The notes below the pieces were generated by a model, which had not been told where the DNA came from, did not search any database, and was given only the letters and a program-made list of their open reading frames with translations. Shown here piece after piece: positions 9,601 through 21,100 of a stretch of DNA of 42,037 bases (position 1 is its first letter; the number at the start of each line of letters is the position of its first letter). The position numbers and the translations under genes are program-made. Source of the stretch: Ruminococcus sp. (GTDB lineage: Bacteria > Bacillota > Clostridia > Oscillospirales > Acutalibacteraceae); NCBI GenBank assembly GCA_017446165.1, contig JAFSRK010000225.1, positions 1 through 42,037 of the forward strand, written 5' to 3'.

Positions 9601-12600
9601 TTTGAGGATGGAATGGACGCCAACTATAGCTTTGTCGGCTGGTACGAAGGCAGCCTGAGCGGTTCTGCATTCACAGTGGATTATTCGAAGAAGCTTTCTG
9701 ATAAAGCGACCTTCGAGTATGAACCAAAAAAAGATACGGTCGTAATCGCTGTCGGTACGCGTGATATGTACCTCGGCGGCAACTTTACGAAGGACGCCGA
9801 GTTCACCGAGACCGATGAAGATATGACATGGGATTCCAACCGTCTTCTGATGAAGTATGATCCGACCTATACAACGACTATTTCCGGCACAACCTACAGA
9901 GGTCGATATTACTACGAGTTCAATGAAGTCGACGCGAATCAGGAGTATCGTTTCCGCTGCTACGATACAAAGGCGGGTACTGATACGACCAATTTGACGG
10001 TCTGGACAAATTGGGATTCCAGCTCGTACGGTCAGGATAATGATGATATCCTGTTCTATCGTACGAATCATGGCGGCGATGCAAAATCGTTCGGCAGCTT
10101 CATGTATAAGACGAGCGACGCCAGTGATACGATCGGTGAAAATACTTCTCCCAGTGTTGCCGGTATCACTTCCACCAAGAACCATGATGCTTTGGGCTAC
10201 GGCGCTCCTGTTACCGTTTACTTCTATGCTTATGACGGCGGTATGTCGGTTAAGTCGACCTATCAGTGGTCTATGGCATATGTTTCTACCGGTCACGCCA
10301 TCGATGTTATTGATCCTGACGGTGCAACTGACGCGGCTAAATACAACCAGCCCTCCGTTTCGGTCAAAAATAAAACGGTCAACGGCGAGGACGTCGTTGT
10401 GACCCAGACCACCGATAAATACGGTTGGGAAGAAATCCATGAATGTCAGGTAAAGGAGAAGGACGGCGCTATCACGATCACGGCAAGTCCTAACGATGAG
10501 AACCTTGATCTGCAGGCATTCTTAGTCTACAACATCGAAACAAAGAAATCCGAAGCGGTGACCGGTCCGTTTACCACATCCACAGTCGACGGTCATACTG
10601 CGTATACCGGAAACGTTACGATCCCGCAGAATACAAAGATTTATGTCGTTCCGATCTATAAGTTCTCAGACGCGTATTTAGAAGCTAATGAAGCAACCAT
10701 GGATTCGCATACCGTTTACGTCCGTGCCGACGAGCTTGATAAGGATCAATGGGGCGGACTCATCGCAATGTATTCATGGGGTACGGATACCAGATACGAC
10801 AGCGGCGGATGGCCCGGACAGCTGCTGATCCCCTCCCCGGACGGTAAAACCTTCTACGGCGAATTGTCATTCTTCAAGGGCGGTCTTGCGGGTATTACCT
10901 TCAACAACTACGACCAGATCTACGGCAGCGCACATAAGATGTTTGTCGGAACCTATAAAGCTCAGGACGTTTCGACAGTACAATACTCCGGAACTACAGG
11001 CAACATCATTTATCAGACCTATGATTACCGCGAACCGATCTCTATCATCGATAGTATGTCAGCCGGTAAATATGAAGATACCGATGACGTCGACCTGACG
11101 TTTGCACTGAAATCCGGAGATATGTCTGCCGCTCCGACCATCGATTCCGCAGGTTCAGGCGCATACAACCGCGTATCTGACTGGAGCAAGGTCGGTTATC
11201 TGACCAACAGCGCGGGAGCAAAGGTTGACATGAACGGCAACAAGCTCGCTAAAGATTCTACCGAGACCTATCGTATCGTTGCCTATTATACCAACCAGTA
11301 TTCGGGTGGTTCCGGTTATACATATCCCGACGCTACTGATTTTGAGGCGTCTTATGCGATCAACTGGACGGTCTATGATACTTCCGGCACCGAACTGATT
11401 GCAGGAACCAACGACCTCTCCGCGGTCTACACTGATCTGGTTGATGTTGCCGATGATGGCGAGACTGCTGAATGGATATCCTATATCGCTAAAAAGCTGA
11501 TCGAAATCGGCGAGCCCTACTCCGGCAAGGCGGTCAAGATCGCCTACGAGAATCCCGGCTCTTGGAGCGAAGCTGTAAGATACTCCGGTCAGTGGTATTA
11601 TGATAACACCAATATCCCGATCAACGCGAATGTGGTAGTCGGCACTTATTCAGACGGCGTATTCAAAGAATCAAAAACCGGATCGAACTATGAGTCATAC
11701 GGTAATGCAGTTGTATCGCCTGATGATATTGATAGTACTAAAGGCGAAGAGACTTTTGATGCTTTTGAAACGGGATACGTCAACAAGGCGACGGTTACAA
11801 AGAGACACGGCAATAGCGGCAACATTTCCTTTACCGCCGATAACTCGACCGGCAACTTTATGGGCTGGTACCGTAAAAATGCTGAAACCGGCGAGTTTGA
11901 ACCGGTCAACTCAACGACTTATAAAAACACGACTGTAAATCTCCAGTTCAGCTCCGACACCACTTTCTATGCGTTCTACAGCGCAAAAGCCAAGTATGTT
12001 TTCAAGTATAAGGATCGTTTCAACAACGATCGTACTTACACGGTCGAGGGCTCGGATCTTACCGATACCGAGCTTGGTAACAAGGGTACTTTAAATCCCA
12101 CGACCAGATCTGCTGATATCGCTGAAAAGCTGGCGTCGTCAAAGCTTTCCGGTATCAAGGTGTTTAACAGTACAATCAATTACACGCTTCCTGAACCTGA
12201 TACAAGCAAAGCGTATTCGCTGGTTTATAATGCTAGTCAGGCACCTACACAGTATAAGCTGTCTGTCTACAGCTATAACGCTTCCGGAACTCTCGAAAAG
12301 AAGGGTGATGTAAGCAATACTTGGAATACACCGCTTGATGTGACGCAGCATGCAAGCCTCGGCAACGGTACTGCGCTGACAACAAATAAACCGTCCGATC
12401 ACTCTGATTATGTGTTTATCGGATGGGTCAGGTATGACGGAAGTACTGCTCCGTCGACGGCGGATGCTATCCTTTCTACCCAGGCTAACTTCGGTTACAG
12501 TATTACCGAGAACATGTCAATTGCTCCTCTGTTCGGTACTGAGGCTCAGAGAACCTCTAAATTGACAGATTCATGGAGTACCGTCATCGACAAGAACGTT

Positions 12601-13044
12601 ACTACCACTGAATTGGATTCTGCAACCGCCGGAACAATATTTAACGATAGCTTGGTTGCTTTCCGTTATGGTTCCGATACAGGCGCTGCGCTGGATATCA
12701 GCGGTACTAAAGAATGCGGTATCATCATTATGGCTCAGGATAGAAACTCCAGTAACGATTCCGCCTATAGCTCTGCATTCAGCAGTGCAGCACCGGTAAC
12801 TTATCTGGATGCGCTGAAGACCCGTGGCTTGTCTTCAGCAAAGATGAAATCCTCAACATACGGTGATTCGTATGCGTTCTATATCAAAGCATCCAGTCTC
12901 TCCAGTTTGAATCGTATCGATTTAGTTCAGGCGTTTGACTATGCTAAGTTCAATGGCGGCAACTTTAAGGTTATGGCGTATTATTATAACGGCTCTGGTT
13001 ACACTTACAGTGCAGTTACCAGTGGCAAGCTTGTATCTGCTTGA
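6658..13044 (+). CDS. Giant secreted modular protein A1 (2128 aa): signal peptide, InlB-B/Flg_new-like repeats, CBM26/X25-like modules, conserved C-terminal domain
   Basis: AAAGGAGG RBS; hydrophobic signal; HTVTFNSNGGS...PADPTKTGNTFGTW...YASW B-repeat; YSWG..GGWPGQ CBM-like motif; T/S/Y/N-rich; no LPxTG, SLH, dockerin or C-terminal TM seen. Confidence 0.85.
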   Translation: MKQKCSFILKASLALVLAFVMLFGTVATSLAAVVDDLADTGANEVNKDDIYVDFSACSSETLSGLSCFWNTSCSDWGEWVTSYTDMGNYVYKFSPTNTSHEYFRGFIVVFNDNTSDKKEVTVAVPADNDNNMITINSSCNSGTWGTYVPLTPLTTPTITIDGQSSSAKIPNGKSVTLNVTNWASFSSLITSGDCTLALYDPDGTKVGSNLSAQNTTVTLTKDGNYYVKAEPTAQGASTYSESQSSNVNVDVFDVYFKTNTTGGSGVQNLSGTAMTYDTSTRFRYSVSLSAGNNYVVIYDGEESHNLSYNNGSISDSYLLTGSGFTIYNGSNDLNNPLKIVAAVAGTYNFYFDYSTNKLYVEFPHTVTFNSNGGSAVASQVVAYGGTANKPADPTKTGNTFGTWVTTDGGSTPFDFTSAITSNTTVYASWTPTSMNVTVQAMYTDDGTTYTSGTAGLSSTAGGNTITVTNNGGGNTFVYDDVITVTATAAASTAVGTRNPNAGYMLEGIYRVVNGTETSINPVTSATDTNTGVAQTMTNNTYRLTDEDNTTYTFVAKFRKVYYFNVYDSWMEDADENYNFVAAPPRTITVGTGSDVRATYTYAFTDVASNRGEDDGPQHSGTATALNIVSSTGNYYEGNLLVAYAGETIKLKYTGLADSDAIRGAFYNNNYRYTTELEDDDLYSARVYKAAGWSKAQSDDAQDYTYSAVTTLYADKAYYSSNATAYAAIKAAESGYKATINQSTHIVSWPAISNYLNIDLELDYKYQIKINDGDHSGLDVQGMNEEGFYNNGDTFPGTFKIVLDPDQDDSGTYRFTSDTVAILDDNGNAISSPSIVVTAKNSSDNTETDPADITYFQVSGTMPGQNVHLSVPVVKEYNMKLANIVISDTIGNKTMLTECTSNSTSGTGNIGTISAIVYDENGEATETNITSDGTNYYTYDGNNNQTTVNAYTDSNNNKYIKTGVNKNGSMVDARHSVIYKFAFEDGMDANYSFVGWYEGSLSGSAFTVDYSKKLSDKATFEYEPKKDTVVIAVGTRDMYLGGNFTKDAEFTETDEDMTWDSNRLLMKYDPTYTTTISGTTYRGRYYYEFNEVDANQEYRFRCYDTKAGTDTTNLTVWTNWDSSSYGQDNDDILFYRTNHGGDAKSFGSFMYKTSDASDTIGENTSPSVAGITSTKNHDALGYGAPVTVYFYAYDGGMSVKSTYQWSMAYVSTGHAIDVIDPDGATDAAKYNQPSVSVKNKTVNGEDVVVTQTTDKYGWEEIHECQVKEKDGAITITASPNDENLDLQAFLVYNIETKKSEAVTGPFTTSTVDGHTAYTGNVTIPQNTKIYVVPIYKFSDAYLEANEATMDSHTVYVRADELDKDQWGGLIAMYSWGTDTRYDSGGWPGQLLIPSPDGKTFYGELSFFKGGLAGITFNNYDQIYGSAHKMFVGTYKAQDVSTVQYSGTTGNIIYQTYDYREPISIIDSMSAGKYEDTDDVDLTFALKSGDMSAAPTIDSAGSGAYNRVSDWSKVGYLTNSAGAKVDMNGNKLAKDSTETYRIVAYYTNQYSGGSGYTYPDATDFEASYAINWTVYDTSGTELIAGTNDLSAVYTDLVDVADDGETAEWISYIAKKLIEIGEPYSGKAVKIAYENPGSWSEAVRYSGQWYYDNTNIPINANVVVGTYSDGVFKESKTGSNYESYGNAVVSPDDIDSTKGEETFDAFETGYVNKATVTKRHGNSGNISFTADNSTGNFMGWYRKNAETGEFEPVNSTTYKNTTVNLQFSSDTTFYAFYSAKAKYVFKYKDRFNNDRTYTVEGSDLTDTELGNKGTLNPTTRSADIAEKLASSKLSGIKVFNSTINYTLPEPDTSKAYSLVYNASQAPTQYKLSVYSYNASGTLEKKGDVSNTWNTPLDVTQHASLGNGTALTTNKPSDHSDYVFIGWVRYDGSTAPSTADAILSTQANFGYSITENMSIAPLFGTEAQRTSKLTDSWSTVIDKNVTTTELDSATAGTIFNDSLVAFRYGSDTGAALDISGTKECGIIIMAQDRNSSNDSAYSSAFSSAAPVTYLDALKTRGLSSAKMKSSTYGDSYAFYIKASSLSSLNRIDLVQAFDYAKFNGGNFKVMAYYYNGSGYTYSAVTSGKLVSA

Positions 13045-13062
13045 TAAAGGGGGAATGAGACT

Positions 13063-13206
13063 ATGAAAAAATCATACATGATTCCTGAGTTTGAGATAGT
13101 TGAGTTTGCTTTGCGAGATGTTATTCTGTCGAGCCCAACTGAAGGTGACATCCCGATCGAGGGTAATACAGAACCTGTACTCCCTGGGGATGAACTTGAT
13201 ATATAA
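13063..13206 (+). CDS. Small putative RiPP-like precursor peptide P1 (47 aa), absent from the ORF track
   Basis: MKKSYMIPEFEIVEFALRDVILSSPTEGDIPIEGNTEPVLPGDELDI; AAGGGGG RBS; paralogs at the same position in cassettes 2 and 3. Confidence 0.85.
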   Translation: MKKSYMIPEFEIVEFALRDVILSSPTEGDIPIEGNTEPVLPGDELDI

Positions 13207-13234
13207 TTTCGATTTCGTCTGATGATTTAATAAT

Positions 13235-13266
13235 GATATGCCGCGGCTGTTTTGCTGCGGCATATC
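13235..13266 (+). promoter_or_regulatory. GC-rich intergenic stem-loop without U-tract after P1
   Basis: GATATGCCGCGGC-tgtttt-GCTGCGGCATATC (13 bp, one G-U pair). Confidence 0.65.
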
Positions 13267-13297
13267 GTGTATAATTATGAATGAAAGGATGAAGAGG

Positions 13298-14248
13298 ATG
13301 AAACGGATTCTCTCTATTATGCTGTCAGTGTTAATCGTTATTTCGATTTGTTTAACCGCAGACGCCGCTGAAGTTGCTATTGCTGTTTCCGGTGATGGTG
13401 TAGTTATATCTGATGAGAATTGGACATATGAAAAAATCAAGTTTTATGGCTGGAAAATCGATAAATATATAGGTGCCGATGCTGAAGTGAAGCTTCCTTG
13501 GACCTTTGCGAAAGAGTACATTACCGCTGTTGGAGACTATGCATTTGATGATGATACGACCGTGACCTCTGTGAAAACGTCAGGTGTCTTGGAAACGATT
13601 GGTGACTACGCTTTCAACGGTTGTTCTTCATTAGATAATATCATCCTCTTTGATGCGCTGACAACGCTCGGCGTAGGCTGTTTTTACGGGTGCAGCTCAC
13701 TGACAGATATCAACCTTGCTGATAGTGCTATCACCTCGGTACCTGCATATTGCTTTGCTGAGTGCGGCTTCTCTGAGCTGGAGCTTCCTGCGACTTGCAC
13801 AAGCATCGGCAATATGTCGTTTTACAACTGTTCTTCGCTGAAAAAGATTACTATCCCTGACAGCGTGACAGAGATCCACGAGGATGCTTTCAAGGGATCT
13901 GACAACGTAACCATCTACTGCTATACCGATTCTTACGCGCATCAGTATGCAGAAGCAAATGATATCAAGTATGTGTTGGTTGATGGATCGATCGAGTACA
14001 CCTTCATCCTCGGTGACGCGGATGGCAACGGAGTTGTCACGATTCTCGATGCGACTGTTATTCAGCGTGTTCTTGTTCTGATTATGGATGATCCTGACGG
14101 TATGATAGAGTTAAGAGCTGCTGTTGATGGTGATGAATTGAATATTACTCACGCTACAAAAATCCAGCGTTATCTTGCAGATTTTGGTGTACCGGAGCCT
14201 ATCGGTTCGGAAGTGACACGTTTCATTCCTGCATCAACTCAGGGTTAA
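13298..14248 (+). CDS. Secreted BspA-like LRR_5 protein with C-terminal dockerin (cassette 1)
   Basis: Signal MKRILSIMLSVLIV..; IGDYAFNGCSSL and IGNMSFYNCSSLKKITIPDSVTEI repeats; LGDADGNGVVTILDATVIQR...ITHATKIQRYLA dockerin; start chosen after GAAAGGA. Confidence 0.88.
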   Translation: MKRILSIMLSVLIVISICLTADAAEVAIAVSGDGVVISDENWTYEKIKFYGWKIDKYIGADAEVKLPWTFAKEYITAVGDYAFDDDTTVTSVKTSGVLETIGDYAFNGCSSLDNIILFDALTTLGVGCFYGCSSLTDINLADSAITSVPAYCFAECGFSELELPATCTSIGNMSFYNCSSLKKITIPDSVTEIHEDAFKGSDNVTIYCYTDSYAHQYAEANDIKYVLVDGSIEYTFILGDADGNGVVTILDATVIQRVLVLIMDDPDGMIELRAAVDGDELNITHATKIQRYLADFGVPEPIGSEVTRFIPASTQG

Positions 14249-14275
14249 TGTTTCGTTGGATTATATGAGGTTATT

Positions 14276-14809
14276 ATGAAAATCATAAAGTTATTTTCCG
14301 TCCTTCTTTGTTTGTTGATTATCTGCTCGATTCTGTTTACCGCTTGCGGTGAGAAAGAGAACGAATCAACTAAAGATGAATCTGCGCCCGGTGAAACTAC
14401 TGTTGTCCTTGAGACAACAAGCAACGGTGGAACCATTGAGCAGGATTCAGAAAGTAACAAGATCACAAAAGACGAGAATGGTAAAGTTGTCTCAGTAGAA
14501 GATAAGAACGGCAACTCCATTGACGTGACTGAATATCTGACCACTCATACATGGGTTGAATCAAATAGCAATTCATCCGGTGGTTCCGGCAGTTCAGGAT
14601 CACTCAGCAGCTCAGACAGATTAGGATCATCTGGTGGATCCAGTGAATCTGGTTCTCCCGGAGGTTCCAGTGGTTCAAGCTCGTCTGGCAGCTCAGGCGG
14701 ATCAGGATCATCATCTGTTTCTGGTGATGAAGCGGTTGAAGAGTCTATTCCTGTGATTGTTGCGACGATTCCGGATGACGATGATTTGGTCGAATTGCCT
14801 GATCTTTAA
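14276..14809 (+). CDS. Lipoprotein of unknown function with Ser/Gly linker and acidic C-terminal tail (cassette 1)
   Basis: Lipobox LFTA|C; GGTIEQDSESNKITKDENGKVVSVEDKNGN domain shared with 25582-26082. Confidence 0.82.
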   Translation: MKIIKLFSVLLCLLIICSILFTACGEKENESTKDESAPGETTVVLETTSNGGTIEQDSESNKITKDENGKVVSVEDKNGNSIDVTEYLTTHTWVESNSNSSGGSGSSGSLSSSDRLGSSGGSSESGSPGGSSGSSSSGSSGGSGSSSVSGDEAVEESIPVIVATIPDDDDLVELPDL

Positions 14810-14827
14810 ATATAACAGTAAGTGTAT

Positions 14828-14866
14828 GCCCGATCTTGTTGAAAAATGAGATCGGGCGATTCTTTT
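14828..14866 (+). terminator. Terminator closing cassette 1
   Basis: GCCCGATCT...AGATCGGGC followed by GATTCTTTT. Confidence 0.7.
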
Positions 14867-14931
14867 ACATATTATGATATTATTAACAATAATTATTAAT
14901 CCGAATAATACTGAAAAGCAAATATATATAT

Positions 14932-15213
14932 GCTACAGCAATCGGCAAGCTGATCAACGATTTTGTGTGCAAAAACGCGAGCGAAATGCTCTGCGATCCG
15001 ATGGCAGAAATCACAAGACATTATAAAGAAACGACAGAAGGAATGAATATCATGTGCAAAGCTGTAGAAGATTATGGTAAGAAAGAACGTCAAGAAGGTA
15101 TTATCGAAACAATTAAAGAGTTTATAAAGGATGGCACACTCTCTCTTGATAAGATTTCTGAGATTGTTAAGATGCCTGTTGACGAAATCCGTAGAATTGC
15201 CGCAACATTGTAA
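14932..15213 (+). pseudogene. C-terminal remnant of an Rpn/PD-(D/E)XK nuclease-family protein; internal ORF 15052-15213 is intact
   Basis: IGKLINDFVCK...RHYKETTEGMNIMCKAVE...LSLDKISEIVKMPVDEIRRI; nuclease domain absent. Confidence 0.6.
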
Positions 15214-15248
15214 ATCAATAGTATTCAAGAATCATAATATGGATAATG

Positions 15249-15288
15249 AAACGAGGTCGGTACACACTGACCTCGTTTTGTCATTTTT
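15249..15288 (+). terminator. Terminator after the Rpn-like remnant
   Basis: AAACGAGGTC...GACCTCGTTT followed by TGTCATTTTT. Confidence 0.65.
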
Positions 15289-15412
15289 CAGTCGGGAAAG
15301 GTTGATTCCTTTCTCGGCTGTTTTTCTTTGAAAGGAGATTCTTTCCCGTGAATTTGTAAACTTGACAGATTCCACCGATTATTAAAGAATAATGCTACGC
15401 CATATTTGGTAA

Positions 15413-17056
<1,644 letters not shown>

Positions 17057-17094
17057 AATGATCGCGATCAATCTGTTTCCTGTAAAGTTAAATT

Positions 17095-17136
17095 CAGGGG
17101 CTGCCGCACGCGTTTTTTGCGTGTTGACAGCCCCTG
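17095..17136. terminator. Hairpin between the convergent recombinase and Bro-N genes
   Basis: CAGGGGCTG.C.CACGC...GCGTG..G.CAGCCCCTG. Confidence 0.55.
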
Positions 17137-17147
17137 CGTTTTGTGTG

Positions 17148-18005
17148 TTATTCGGATTTCTCATCATCACGGATAACGCTCTCGATCATTCCCGTGACGA
17201 CCTCATTCAGCTTTGCAGCATTAGCGTACGTAATGACAGGCTTTCCGGTCTGAGCCTCAATACTCTTCCTCGCGTCTCCGGCGATTTTCCCGCCGCTGTT
17301 GGCAACCTCTCTGTTCTCCTCCAAGCCGAAAGGATTTTGCGTTTTGGTGAGCTCTGTGGTAGTAGCCTCGGCAAGCATATTCAGCGCCAGCTCCAGCGTA
17401 CTCATGTTATCGCGGAGATTCTCTTTTTTCAGTCCTTTGAGGTTTTTATATTGGCGGGTCGTCATGCCCGACCAGGCTTTGGTTACCTCATCTGTCAGGA
17501 TCGCGTATTCCTGACCTTTTTCAACCCCGTGCGCCTGCCATTGATCGGTCAGCTCTTTTCGCGCGCGAATCGTTTGCAGCCGCTGGTTGATCCAATCTGC
17601 AGGATAACCCTTTTTCGCATAGGTTTCCAGCGCTCTTTCTATTGTTAATTCGGGATCGATGATTTCTTCGATCCGCTCGCTTCCAACCTGCGCCAGCCAC
17701 ATTTTAAACGGCTCGGCTTTTTTAGACGGAATCGATTGGATAATACGAAGGATTCCTTTGGTATCTGCGGCGTTGATTTTTCTGTATTTGCCGTCTGCGG
17801 TCATCATCCGAACAGGGGTACAAATTGTACCCCACTTGGAGCTGAACTCAGGATCGCGGCTTCTCATTTTTTTGATATATTGTTTGACGTCTTTGCTTTC
17901 GGACAGCGCTTCAACAACATCAGAAACAGAAAAATACCATTCTTCTTTTTCTTCATCCCATGATGTACGGATCGGTCGGTCTTCAAATTTTTTGATACTA
18001 TCCAT
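17148..18005 (-). CDS. Bro-N domain (phage antirepressor-like) protein
   Basis: IRTSWDEEKEEWYFSVSDVV, RIIQSIPSKKAEPFKMWLAQVG, KGLKKENLRDNM. Confidence 0.82.
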   Translation of the reverse strand: MDSIKKFEDRPIRTSWDEEKEEWYFSVSDVVEALSESKDVKQYIKKMRSRDPEFSSKWGTICTPVRMMTADGKYRKINAADTKGILRIIQSIPSKKAEPFKMWLAQVGSERIEEIIDPELTIERALETYAKKGYPADWINQRLQTIRARKELTDQWQAHGVEKGQEYAILTDEVTKAWSGMTTRQYKNLKGLKKENLRDNMSTLELALNMLAEATTTELTKTQNPFGLEENREVANSGGKIAGDARKSIEAQTGKPVITYANAAKLNEVVTGMIESVIRDDEKSE

Positions 18006-18077
18006 TCAATCATCTCCGTATCAACTGATCTATTCCAGTAACAATTAAACCATAATGCGTCAAGATAGTCAATTGTT

Positions 18078-18105
18078 TTGACATGAATTCAGAGCTTTTT
18101 ATTAT
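18078..18105 (+). promoter_or_regulatory. Candidate sigma-A promoter of cassette 2
   Basis: TTGACA (18078-18083), 16-bp spacer, TATTAT. Confidence 0.45.
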
Positions 18106-18115
18106 AAAAAACAAC

Positions 18116-18162
18116 AATCCCTAATTTGCTCCTTTATGAAGTAGAATCCCTAATTAGCTCCT
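18116..18162 (+). repeat. Two 18-bp direct repeats in the leader of A2
   Basis: AATCCCTAATT(T/A)GCTCCT at 18116-18133 and 18145-18162. Confidence 0.7.
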
Positions 18163-18180
18163 ACAAAGGGAGGAAACTTT

Positions 18181-21100
18181 ATGAAATCAAAATGTTCGTT
18201 TATCCTCAAGGCGAGTACCGCTCTGGTGCTGGCGCTGCTGATGCTCTTCGGCACAGTGGCTACCTCGATTGCGGCTGTCGTAGATAACGCCGACACCGGA
18301 GCCAATATCGATTTGGCTGAGACTGGTTGGTCTGATGTTTATCTTATCGGTGATATGTTCGGTGACTGGTCTACTGGTAAATTGCTTGGTAATGGTAATT
18401 TTTCATCCGCAGGTATGTATTATTTTAATAATGGTGATTATTTTGCTGTAAAGATTTCCGGTACCCAGTATGGCCCTTCCACTAATAATTCTAACTTTGT
18501 TGTCAGTGGTTGTCGTGCTGATACATCGGGTAATGCCTTTAAGTTCAACGGCACATCCGGCTGGTATAAAGTTGGTGTTGATCAGGTAACTGGCGATAAT
18601 GATAAAAAGCCATGGCTCTGGCTTGTATCTCAAACTGCACCTACTCGTACTGTGGCTGGTGATACCGGCTTAACAGGATATAACTGGAATACTTCGCAAA
18701 ACGCAATGACGTTTGACACATCTATTGATAAGTTCAAGTGGACTTCTTCTGCGGTTTCAACTGTTGGTGATTATTCTTTCAAAGTTACAGACGGTTCTTG
18801 GAATAATTCATGGCCTTCGAGTAATTATGATGTTAAAAATGTGCCAGCTGGTGCTAGAGTTGTTGTCATCTGTGACTATTATGACGATAATGCTGTGAAC
18901 GCGTATATTGAATATAAGATTACAGTCGCTTCTGCTACTGGCGGTAGCGCGACTACTTCACCGTCGGGATTCGCAAAGAGCGGAACGGAAGTTACTATAA
19001 CATCTTCTCCTTCTACTGGCTATAACGCAGGGACACCTACTGTTAAGGATTCTGACAACAGTTCGGTTACAGTTAGTAGCAATAAATTTACTATGCCTTC
19101 GAAGAATGTTACTGTAACACCAAATTTTACATTAAAGACTTATACTGTAAGCTATAATAAGGGTAGTAACGGTGCCGGTACAAATACAACCGATACCAAA
19201 ACGCATGGTACAAATTTTACCCTTAAAGATAAGCTCTTTACACGTACAGGTTACACTCAAACTGCGTGGAATACTAATAGTTCAGGTACAGGTGGTACAA
19301 GCTATGCGTTAAAAGGAACATATTCAACGAACGCAGCGGTTACTCTTTATCCGACATGGACTGCTAATCAAACTACTCTGTCATTTGATAGAAACGGCGC
19401 GACTACTAATGGTACACAGACGGTTTCCGGAAGGCTACCTACGACGCCGATATGCCGTCGTTCACTACTTACACTGCGCCATCAAAGACCGGTTATTCAC
19501 TTGATGGTTGGTATTCAGCTTCATCCGGCGGCACAAAGTATTATAACGCTGACGGTTCCAGCGCTACACAGTGGAAAATTGATGCTGCTACCGCCACCCT
19601 CTACGCTCAATGGACAGAGGTCAAAGCCGGCGCGACCGTTAAGGCATATACCGACGGTATTGAATCCGGTACCGGAGGTACCGTCAAGGTCGGTACTTCC
19701 GGCACAGCCGGCGCAACCGCGACGACCAGCGACAGCTTCGGTATCGATACCGCCAGCCCCGCGATCATTAAAGCGACGACTGCAACCGGCTATGAATTCA
19801 AGGGATGGCAGTTCAACAGCACACACCTCAAGTACTCCTTTGACGGTACAACCTATACCGCTGTTACAAGCACAACAACGACTTACGGTACTTCTTCTAA
19901 TACAACGGTTTATCTGAAGACAGACGGTACTTCCGGCTTGACCACCGCGAACACCGAAGTCCACGCCATGTTTGAATCGGCGAAGTATACCATCACCTAT
20001 TCCGGTAAGTACACCAACGACGGCGCGGTGTGGAACGACATCTCCGCTACTCAGGGTACATTTACCGTAAAGAACGGTAATAACGATGTAACTTCCGGCG
20101 CTTCTCTGTCATACAACACCACCCTGACCCTCACCGCTACGCCCGGTTCCGGCTATGCGGTAGAAGGCGTTTATTGGTCGACCGATAACGGAACCACTTG
20201 GACAAAGGTCGAATGCACGGTTTCGAACGGTGTATATTCCAACAACACTTTCAAAGTCATTAACAACTATCTGCTTGAAGCGCGCTTCATCAAGGTCTAC
20301 AAGCTCTCTGCCTTTGACTCTTATGAGATGAACAACAGCCAGGTCACCTTTGTTACCGCGCCTCCTAAGTCTATCCAGATCAAGCACACTGACGCTCACG
20401 GCACCGCTACTACCTACACCTACAGCTATGACGGTACTAAGACCGCGGGCAACCCGGATTCTCCCGACGGTTCCAAGCCCGCCGCTCTGGCAATCGCTTC
20501 CGGAACTTACGGACAGGGTAACTACATCCAGTATTACGCTGGCGACGAGATCACGCTGACCTACTCGGCAATGGCTTCGTCCGAGATCCTTAAGGGTGTT
20601 TTCTATGACAACACCAAAAGCTTCTATGTTAATAAGCCTGACAGTGATCATTTTGTAGCTCATAGTCATCCCACTACTCCTGCCATCTACATGAACAGCA
20701 CGTATTATAACACGACTCAGCTTGACAGCAGAGATTTCTCCGGCGTTACTGCTGACAACGACGCCCACAGCGTCAAGTTCACCGGTACGCAGGATTATAA
20801 GAACATCGATGTTGAGATCGGCACGAAGCGTAAGGTATATTTCAGCGACTATACCAACACGGTCATCAACAGCAAGAACACTGACGACTATTACTATGAC
20901 AGAGAGGATCTGTCCGTAGCAGGCGATCAGCTGACCGTCAAGGCGAAGCAGTCCGCTACCCAGACCAACAAGATCGTCGCCTCCGGCATCAAATTCTATA
21001 GAGCGACCGAGTCCGGCGGTAGGGGAACTGAACTGACGACTACTGAGATATTAGATTTTGAGCTTTCAGTCTCCGGTTCTGAATCAACATCCTCTTCTTC

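Noticed and set aside
14570-14725. Contingency repeat in the Ser/Gly linker of lipoprotein 1
   Set aside because: Codons are degenerate with no perfect tandem DNA unit; this is an ordinary flexible linker.
19431-19917. C-terminal part of ORF 18181-19917 as genuine protein
   Set aside because: Composition switches to out-of-frame nonsense after TVSG; the meaningful B-repeat sequence is in the other frame.
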